Shown here piece after piece: positions 35,651 to 42,899 of a DNA stretch of 64,000 nt. The notes under the pieces are model-generated. The model did no database searches. It saw nothing but the letters and a program-made list of their open reading frames with translations, and was not told the DNA's origin. Position 1 is the stretch's first letter; every line of letters begins with the position of its first letter. Origin of the DNA: an uncultured Alphaproteobacteria bacterium (GTDB lineage Bacteria > Pseudomonadota > Alphaproteobacteria > RF32 > CAG-239); the NCBI GenBank assembly GCA_944391465.1, contig CALXTS010000004.1, positions 7,942 to 71,941 on the forward strand, in the 5' to 3' direction. A program made the position numbers and the translations under genes.

Positions 35651-38600
35651 TTATTGGGTCACAATATCTTCAATTTTTCCTTGTCTTGGTTTACCGTCTG
35701 CTCCAAGTAAAACTCGGCCTTTATTGTCGGTTACCAAAGGTATCGGACTACCATTTTCATCAAGAATCGGTTTTCCACTGTCATCTACCGCTACCGGAAT
35801 TTCATTACCATTTTTATCCAATACCGGCACACCTTTTTCATTTACAAGAATTTGGCGTTGTTCCTCCGTTTCATTTTGAGAATCTTTCAAACTCTGGAGT
35901 TGCTCAAGGCGGCGTTGGCGTGCTTCTCTATTTAATTGATCCGCATCTATGTCGCTTTGTCTTATACGCTCCTCAACCATAGCATCACCTTGGAGCATTT
36001 TCTGACGCAGAATTTCGCTTTGATATTCTTCTTGTCTTTGCTCGTTAAGTTTGGCTGCGGCTCTGGCTGCAGCAGCCTCTTGCGCTTGAAACTGACGGGC
36101 TCTTGAGGCTGTATCCGATGATGAGCCTTTTCCGGTATTGCTATAGCTTGCCCCTCCTGATGATGCTCGGAATACCGTTCCTGTAGATGAGCTGCTTACT
36201 CTTCCTGAACTATATCCCCTTGCCGTGGCACGTCCTGTCCATGAGCTAAATACTTTTTTCGGCGTATAGTAATATCCGCTGCTTCCGGTATGTTGTTCTG
36301 GTGTTGCCTCCTCTTCTTTACTGACAAGATTATCCTCAACATCTTCATCATTTTCTACTCTATCAGCAAGATTTCCTTTGTTAGGATCAAGTTCATCATT
36401 TTCCACCCTATCTGCAAAACTGCCTCCTGACGTATCAACAGGTTCGTTTTCAACTCTGTTGGCAAACTGATCTTTTGTTGTATCAACGGCTTCATTTTCT
36501 ACTCGATTGGCAAAATTATTTCCTGAAGTTGGATTATTTTTATTTGAAGTTGAACTTCCTGATGTATTATTTCCTCCAGAACTGCTCGTTCCCGAAGAGT
36601 TTCCTCCTGAACTTCCGTTATTTGAAGAATTATTTCCTCCGCTTACAAATGGGGTATCTCCATTGTTTGTTCCGTAGTTTGATTTTGGATTTTCAAGCTC
36701 GGCTTGGCGGGTTGCCTCTTCATAATAACGCATGTCAGCTTCATTACGGCGTTTAATTTCTTCATCTATTTTATTTTGAGCCGCTTGAGATTCTTGCTGT
36801 AACTTTTGGACTTCTTTATAAGCCTCCTGAGCTGCTAAAATACTCTCAGCATCATTCTTTTCTTTGGCAACTTTTACCAATTCATCAAGATTTTGTTGCG
36901 CAGCCTTTACTTTTGCGGCGGCAGCCGTTGCTTCTTCTCGTGCTGCCTGTATCGCAGCTTCTGCCGCAGCTTTTTCTTTTTTGGCGGCTTCTTGGTTGGC
37001 TTTTGCTTCTTCTATTGAGGCTTGACGTGCTTTTTCTTGAAGCTCTGCAACCGGCTTAGCCTTTTCTGCCGCTTCTTTCTTAGCGGCTGCCGCTTCTTGT
37101 GCTGCCAATTCTGCTCGTTTTGCGGCTTGTTCAGCTGCTCTTTTGGCTACCGGATCTCCGCTTTCTGCGGCGAGTTTAGCGGCTTCTTCTGCCTTTTTAG
37201 CTGCCTGTTCTGCTGCTCTTTCTTTTTGTGCGGCTTGGTTTGCGGCATTTTTAGCATCTGCCTCTGCTTTGTTTGCCGCCTGATTTGCCGCTTCTGCCTT
37301 CTTTGATGCAGTTTGGCTGGCTGCATATTGCTCTCTTAACCTTTGCGCCTCTTCTTCCGCTTTAGCTTTCTCCTGCTCTTGCTTTTGCAGTTCTTTTTCG
37401 GTTACACTATCTTGATCAATAACCTCATAATCCTTCATTGCCAAACCATTCATTTCTGCGTCTACTTTAGCAATAAATATATTGGCGTTATCAACCTTCT
37501 TTTTCTCAGATTGCAGTTCTTCTTCTTTTTCTTTTACGGCTTTTTGTTGTTTTGACAATGCTTCTTGCGAGGCTTTGTATTTTTCTTCTGCCTCTCTGGC
37601 TTTTGCAACATCCTCACTTGAACCACTGGCTAAAGCGGCTTCTCTTGCTGCTTCATATTCCTCTTTTGCTTTTTGTGTTTCAGCTGAAAGTTTCTCTTCC
37701 TGAGCTTGTTCATAGGCAATTGAACCTTCGACATCAGCACCACCGCTCAGTACTTTTATATTTTCTTCCGACTGTTCTTTTATTTTTTGTGCGGTTTCTT
37801 TAGACTCTGTTCTGGCGTTGTCTGCCAATTCTTGTAGAGGTTTTTTAGCTTCTTCCAATTTGCTGTTGGCCTTATCTGCCGCAGCTTGAGCGTCTTTCAA
37901 TTTATTATTGGCAGCTGTTGCTTCAGCTTCTGCAATATTATAACGGCTGGTATAAAGGCTACATTGGCTTGTGTTTCCGCTTTTGCAAGCCTCTTCTTTT
38001 TGTGCTTTGAGTTTTTCTGCCGTAGCATTTTTGCTGTCTGCCGTTGCTTGGGCATTCTTTAATGCAGTTTGCTTATTTGATGCATCTGATGCTGCAGCTT
38101 TGTATTGTGCCTCGGCTTCTCTGGCGGCTGCTACCGCATCTTTGGCTTTATTAACGGCTTGTTCAACCTCGGGGCCTCCGGTATTTTCCTCTTGGCGCTG
38201 TTGATTTAGCCATTGCTGATTCTTTTCCTCCTCCGCTTTGGCCTTTTGTTCTGCAGCTCTTTGTTCTGCGGCAGCTTTTTGTTCTGCAGCTTTTTGCTCG
38301 GCTGCAGCTTGCTGTTTTGCCTCCTCTTTAGCTTTTTTCTTATCGGCTATACTATCATTGATTGAACCGTCTTTACCCAAAACCTTACCAACCAAATCAG
38401 AATTTCCGATTGTTGAGGCGATAGATGATACGTTTTTAACATTATCTTGTAATACGGAATTTGCTTTAGAGCTCGTGTCTTTTATTGCATCTGCCGTATC
38501 TTGAATTTTACTTACAATATTATCATCTTGGGCAATTTCCCCACCATACAGACGTTCTACTTGTCCGTCAGCTCCGACAGTTTGTCCTTTTAAGAATCGG

Positions 38601-41284
38601 TCAACAGCATTTGTTCCTTCTCCGCTGGCGCGTTTGGCCTCCAGCTCGGCAACTTGATCCGTACTCTTGGTTACATCTTGCAAATCATTTGAAATATTTC
38701 CGACATTCTTGATAATATTATTTGTCAAGCCTCCGGTAGCACCGGCAATGTTATTTATGTTTGAACCGATTTCTCCTATGGCCTTAACATAGTCTTCAAT
38801 ATTACTAAAATCACCACTGGCAATTTTTCCGGCCATGTCTCCAATATTTTTAGCCGCATTCGTAACTGTTTGAACGGTTGATTTTACTTGGTTGATTGTT
38901 TGTTTTGCTGTATTAACGGCACTTACAGCTTTTTTACCTGCGGCTGTAATGTCTTTTACGCATGACGTGAAGTTACTTAAGAAACTTGCTCCTGCCGTAC
39001 CTCCGCAGAATCCTCTGGCTTTTTCCGTGTATTCCGGTGTTGCGGCACCATCTTGAAGTATTCCGTTAATGCTGGCATCATCCGGCTCTACGTATAAGGC
39101 AGATTCCGGTATCCACCCCCATTCGGTATCCCCCATCCCTTTTGATAAATTATCTCCATAAGAAAGGCTACCTTGCTGATATTGCGGCCCCGTACAAATT
39201 CCGTTTGAGCATGATGTCGGGAAAACGAAATATTCAATAAAACGTCCCATGTTGGCTACTAAAAACAGACCAATTCCTATATTGGCAAACCATTTCCAGC
39301 TCAGTTTATTTACCAGTGCCATATAGGCAAAGCCAATTAATCCAAATCCGGCAAATACATAAACTATTTTCTTTAAGCCAAATAAGACAGCAAACGCACG
39401 CATTGAAAGTGCATGGAAAATATCTCCACTGGCCGAATAATCAGCCAAACCTTGTCCCGGCGTTCCCATAAAGACTTCGCCTTCATGGGATTGGGCAACA
39501 CCGCTTTCTGCCATGGCATCGGATAAATTATCTATTGTTCCTTTAACTTCATCCAACTCTTGCTCTTTTCCGGCAATTTGTTGTTCCAATGCAGCAACTT
39601 CCGCGCAAGATTTTTGAGCAGCCTCTTGTCCTGCCTTTGATGTCAAGGTACTGTTATGTTCACAGGCTTTTTTGGCCTCTTCTAATTGTTCTTTTAATGA
39701 AGATAATTCGTTTTCAAGAGATTGTTTTTTATCTGCCGCTTCATCATATTCTTTTTTGATATTGGCACTGGCGGCATTACTTGAAACATCTTTATATTCC
39801 AAATAGGCCTTATCTGCTGCATTTTGTAATTCGGAAATTTTTTCATCTGTTAATTCTTCTGCACTTCCTACCCCTAATGCCGCCAAGTCGCTTTCCGTAC
39901 AACTGCTGGGGGAGGCTTTACATTTTTGTGCCGTGTTATAAAGCGTTTTGGCATCATTATATCTGTCTTTTGATGCTTGAATCTGCTCTTTGGTATTTCC
40001 ATATTTGGCATTAGTCAATGCGGTTTGTGCATTTTTAACATCTTTATCTATTTGAGCAATGCTGTTGTCATATGCTGTTTGTGCTGCGGCTTCACATTGG
40101 GTTTTATCATTGCCTGTTTTCCCTTCGCAGGCTTTTTTAGCTGTTTCAAGTTGAGCGGCTGCCTCTTTTTTCTTATCTGCAGCGCTGTTTATTATTTCAT
40201 TATTTTTTGCCTCTTCTGCCGCAGCTGCGCGTGCAGCTTCCTCTGCCGCCTCTTTTTCAGCGGCAGCTTTTGCTTCTGATACAACATATCCTTGCTGTGT
40301 ACGGTTTCTATTTTCATTTAATGTGGATATATCATTTTGCGCTTCTTGCTGTCTTTTTTCAGCATCTGCTTTTTCTGCTTGTGCCTCTTGACATTTGGTC
40401 GCATCATATTTTTTACTGCTGCTGTCGCAATATTTATCAATATCTTTATTGGCACTCTTTAAATCTTTTTCAGCTTTGCTGGCGGCTTTATTGGCGGCTT
40501 TTAAATCCGAACTATATTGTTTATCATAAGCCTTTTGCGCGTCATCTATTTGTTCTTTTAAGGCTTTTTGTTCTTCTGTTTGTTTTTTTACTTGCTCAGT
40601 ATAATCGGCTTGCTTTTCTTTTACTTGTGTACAAGCACTTTTGTCTCCGCTTGCGCATTTAACATTCAATGCGGTAATTTCAGCTTGTAACTCCTTATTT
40701 TTGGCCGCATTGTCAATTTCATTTTGTGCCCATTGATCTTTTGACAAACCTATTAATGCAGCATTATTTTTATCTTGTGCATTTTCATATTCTTTTGCCG
40801 CAGCGGCAGCTTTTTCTTTGTCTGATTGCGCGTAGCTTAATGTTGAGCCGCTAAATGCACTCATAAATGCTTCATTTTCTTCTACTTTCTTTTGTGCTGC
40901 CTCATAATTAGCTTGAGCATTGGCTAAATTATTATCATAATTTTCCGTACCATATTGCTCAGCCCTTCGAGCTATGTCGGCTGTATTAGCATCTGCTTCT
41001 GCTTGTGCTAATTGGTTTGCCAGTTGTTGAGCGGCGGCTTTTGCTTTGTTTTTACAATCCGTTAATTTTGTTCCGGTATAGCTTGCCTCACATTTTCTTG
41101 ATTCAACCGTGTAGTAGTAATTTGGATCTGTTTTGAGGCGTTGATTATCTACAGCTTTTATTAATTGCTCTAGCGTCATAGAGGGGGTGTCGTCCGCAGC
41201 ATAAATTGTGCCGGAAACGAGAATAGATGAAACGCAAATCAGCGCTCCCATCATTACTTTAAGTAAATTTCTCTGCTTAAACAT
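35651..41284 (-). CDS. Giant 1877-aa secreted/membrane protein with an internal VirB2/TrbC-like pilin hairpin
   Basis: Signal peptide (LICVSSILVSGTIYAADD). About 600 aa of Ala/Lys/Glu coiled coil with Cys pairs. A two-TM hairpin LKKIVYVFAGFGLIGFAYMALVNKLSWKWFANIGIGLFLVANMG (DNA ~39215-39420) aligns with the two upstream VirB2-like ORFs. About 1190 aa of helical/low-complexity C-terminal region follows. Confidence 0.7.
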   Translation of the reverse strand: MFKQRNLLKVMMGALICVSSILVSGTIYAADDTPSMTLEQLIKAVDNQRLKTDPNYYYTVESRKCEASYTGTKLTDCKNKAKAAAQQLANQLAQAEADANTADIARRAEQYGTENYDNNLANAQANYEAAQKKVEENEAFMSAFSGSTLSYAQSDKEKAAAAAKEYENAQDKNNAALIGLSKDQWAQNEIDNAAKNKELQAEITALNVKCASGDKSACTQVKEKQADYTEQVKKQTEEQKALKEQIDDAQKAYDKQYSSDLKAANKAASKAEKDLKSANKDIDKYCDSSSKKYDATKCQEAQAEKADAEKRQQEAQNDISTLNENRNRTQQGYVVSEAKAAAEKEAAEEAARAAAAEEAKNNEIINSAADKKKEAAAQLETAKKACEGKTGNDKTQCEAAAQTAYDNSIAQIDKDVKNAQTALTNAKYGNTKEQIQASKDRYNDAKTLYNTAQKCKASPSSCTESDLAALGVGSAEELTDEKISELQNAADKAYLEYKDVSSNAASANIKKEYDEAADKKQSLENELSSLKEQLEEAKKACEHNSTLTSKAGQEAAQKSCAEVAALEQQIAGKEQELDEVKGTIDNLSDAMAESGVAQSHEGEVFMGTPGQGLADYSASGDIFHALSMRAFAVLFGLKKIVYVFAGFGLIGFAYMALVNKLSWKWFANIGIGLFLVANMGRFIEYFVFPTSCSNGICTGPQYQQGSLSYGDNLSKGMGDTEWGWIPESALYVEPDDASINGILQDGAATPEYTEKARGFCGGTAGASFLSNFTSCVKDITAAGKKAVSAVNTAKQTINQVKSTVQTVTNAAKNIGDMAGKIASGDFSNIEDYVKAIGEIGSNINNIAGATGGLTNNIIKNVGNISNDLQDVTKSTDQVAELEAKRASGEGTNAVDRFLKGQTVGADGQVERLYGGEIAQDDNIVSKIQDTADAIKDTSSKANSVLQDNVKNVSSIASTIGNSDLVGKVLGKDGSINDSIADKKKAKEEAKQQAAAEQKAAEQKAAAEQRAAEQKAKAEEEKNQQWLNQQRQEENTGGPEVEQAVNKAKDAVAAAREAEAQYKAAASDASNKQTALKNAQATADSKNATAEKLKAQKEEACKSGNTSQCSLYTSRYNIAEAEATAANNKLKDAQAAADKANSKLEEAKKPLQELADNARTESKETAQKIKEQSEENIKVLSGGADVEGSIAYEQAQEEKLSAETQKAKEEYEAAREAALASGSSEDVAKAREAEEKYKASQEALSKQQKAVKEKEEELQSEKKKVDNANIFIAKVDAEMNGLAMKDYEVIDQDSVTEKELQKQEQEKAKAEEEAQRLREQYAASQTASKKAEAANQAANKAEADAKNAANQAAQKERAAEQAAKKAEEAAKLAAESGDPVAKRAAEQAAKRAELAAQEAAAAKKEAAEKAKPVAELQEKARQASIEEAKANQEAAKKEKAAAEAAIQAAREEATAAAAKVKAAQQNLDELVKVAKEKNDAESILAAQEAYKEVQKLQQESQAAQNKIDEEIKRRNEADMRYYEEATRQAELENPKSNYGTNNGDTPFVSGGNNSSNNGSSGGNSSGTSSSGGNNTSGSSTSNKNNPTSGNNFANRVENEAVDTTKDQFANRVENEPVDTSGGSFADRVENDELDPNKGNLADRVENDEDVEDNLVSKEEEATPEQHTGSSGYYYTPKKVFSSWTGRATARGYSSGRVSSSSTGTVFRASSGGASYSNTGKGSSSDTASRARQFQAQEAAAARAAAKLNEQRQEEYQSEILRQKMLQGDAMVEERIRQSDIDADQLNREARQRRLEQLQSLKDSQNETEEQRQILVNEKGVPVLDKNGNEIPVAVDDSGKPILDENGSPIPLVTDNKGRVLLGADGKPRQGKIEDIVTQ
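36345..36515 (-). repeat. Four tandem ~48-bp (16-aa) coding repeats, FA(N/D)RVEN(E/D)xVD
   Basis: FANRVENEAVDTTKDQ / FANRVENEPVDTSGGS / FADRVENDELDPNKGN / LADRVENDEDVEDN. On the + strand TTTTCTACTC-like strings recur about every 48 bp. Confidence 0.8.
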
Positions 41285-41343
41285 CTCGTCCTCCTATGCT
41301 TTAATAATTTGTCCGTGTGGACTTTCTGATTCTTCAGCCTAAG

Positions 41344-41985
41344 TCATTTAAGCGTATCAGTAATTACACTTGTTGTAAAAGTCTTACACCCTGTAACCGC
41401 ATTAATCAGCTCTCCGGTCGTTGCTATAATAACCAACGAAATAACAATGGCTCCCAGCCATTTATAGTTGAGATTCCCAAAAAAACCTCCAACAGACACA
41501 CCTATAATACCAAATCCCGCAACAACATAGATGAGCTCTCGCAATCCTTTAAATATCTTTCCTCCGGTTGCTATCAAACCGCTAAATAATCCATAATCTG
41601 CCGAACAGCCTGATACATCGGCCACGCTAGCTTTTGCATTACTTGCCCCTTCCGTTGCAGGAACTTGACATATTCCGCTAATACATTGTTGCCCCTCTGT
41701 TGTACAATCACTATTACTTTTACAAGATTGGGTACTCCAAGTTACTGCAACATCTTTATTAACCACAGTTTCTTCTTTTCCTTCTTCATTTGTCGTTGTT
41801 TTAACCGGAGATACACAATCTGAATATTTTCCTGCGGCTTGATTATATTTACAACACTGACCATTATATAAAACTTTTCCCTCCAAACATGTCATTCCAC
41901 TTGCAGCGTCAGAATTATTTGGCATTAGCATACAGCAAAAAACGGCAACTAACAAAAGCCGAAATATTTTAGTCAGATTTGTCAT
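41344..41985 (-). CDS. VirB2/TrbC-like pilin paralog with Cys-rich N-terminal extension (213 aa)
   Basis: Signal peptide LLLVAVFCCMLMPNNSDAA. A ~110 aa Cys-rich module follows (CLEGKVLYNGQCCKY...SCKSNSDCTTEGQQCISGICQ). The C-terminal hairpin RELIYVVAGFGIIGVSVGGFFGNLNYKWLGAIVISLVIIATTGELINAVTG matches the other two copies. Confidence 0.7.
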   Translation of the reverse strand: MTNLTKIFRLLLVAVFCCMLMPNNSDAASGMTCLEGKVLYNGQCCKYNQAAGKYSDCVSPVKTTTNEEGKEETVVNKDVAVTWSTQSCKSNSDCTTEGQQCISGICQVPATEGASNAKASVADVSGCSADYGLFSGLIATGGKIFKGLRELIYVVAGFGIIGVSVGGFFGNLNYKWLGAIVISLVIIATTGELINAVTGCKTFTTSVITDTLK

Positions 41986-42063
41986 GGCGTCCTCCGTTTT
42001 TGCTTGTACATTTGGGAATATCGTCTTTTAACCACATTCCGAAACACACATGTGTTAAAATCA

Positions 42064-42098
42064 GGGTCGCAAGGCTATGCTGAAAACCTTTGCGACCC
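42064..42098 (-). terminator. Hairpin attenuator/terminator just after the first virB2 gene
   Basis: GGGTCGCAAGG (42064-42074) pairs with CCTTTGCGACCC (42087-42098) with one bulge. On the - strand transcript the stem is followed by UGAUUUU. It lies 12 nt after the virB2 stop. Confidence 0.55.
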
Positions 42099-42109
42099 TA
42101 TTTTTATTA

Positions 42110-42457
42110 TTATCCGTTGGTTGCAGAATCAAATGAATCGTTAAATCCTGCTTGACCTGTTGAGTCACCGGTTGCGTATGTTACGATAGAACCTGCGGCC
42201 GCAACAATTGCCAAACCTACAGCCAATCCGGCAAACCATGTCCATTTAATCTTACCGGTAATCGCCGTAAAGGCAACAGCTATCAAACCAAAACCACCGA
42301 CAACGAAGAATATTTTCTTAACTTCGGTAAATACGTTCAAAGCCTTTTCTTTTGCTGTTGACATAACAGACTGAGCTGATGCATCTCCTGCAAAGGCCAT
42401 CAGTGTAAACACTGCTACCAGACAGAATGTCCAGATATTATTTTTGATAAAGCGCAT
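42110..42457 (-). CDS. virB2: VirB2/TrbC-type T4SS pilin (115 aa precursor)
   Basis: Long signal peptide (WTFCLVAVFTLMAFAGDASAQ), then a two-helix hairpin KKIFFVVGGFGLIAVAFTAITGKIKWTWFAGLAVGLAIVAAAGSIVTYATG. First gene of the array that continues to virB3-virB4. SD AAGGAGA. Confidence 0.75.
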   Translation of the reverse strand: MRFIKNNIWTFCLVAVFTLMAFAGDASAQSVMSTAKEKALNVFTEVKKIFFVVGGFGLIAVAFTAITGKIKWTWFAGLAVGLAIVAAAGSIVTYATGDSTGQAGFNDSFDSATNG

Positions 42458-42899
42458 TATCTTTCTCCTTATTGTAATTACAAAATTCTCTATACTCTTT
42501 TAGAATAACCAATTTTGCGGATTTTTTCCAGCAAAAAGGTGGTGTCGAAAATTTTAATAACTATCTGTTTTTTATACATATTTTTTGCTGTAACAAAAAA
42601 TTCATAGTCCTTAAGCGTAAATTAACGTCGTTCAATGGTTAATTTATTGATTATCATTTGATAATCTTTTTAACTCAAAGCTCTATGCGCGTGAGTATAT
42701 TCCCAAAAAATTAATAAATACCTAAAGTTATTTTTTGTTTTTTTTTGGGAAATTTTCACCTTCTTAAAAGCCTTTTATTTTCTTTGAACGCCTTTAAAGA
42801 CTCGTGTTGATAAAAAGAATCCACAGATTTTTACTTTATTTTTTTGAGCTATTGCCAAGAGTCGCATTTTGATTTATCTAATGTTTAGAGGGGTTTATT

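Noticed and set aside
35620-40662. Many plus-strand ORFs (for example 35620-35982, 37022-37306, 38238-38504, 39977-40279, 40207-40662) lie antisense to the 1877-aa gene.
   Set aside because: Their products are Leu/Phe/Cys/Ser-rich low-complexity sequences. These are mirror images of the Lys/Glu/Ala codon repeats on the sense strand. They have no SD sites and are fully embedded in a far longer, coherent ORF.
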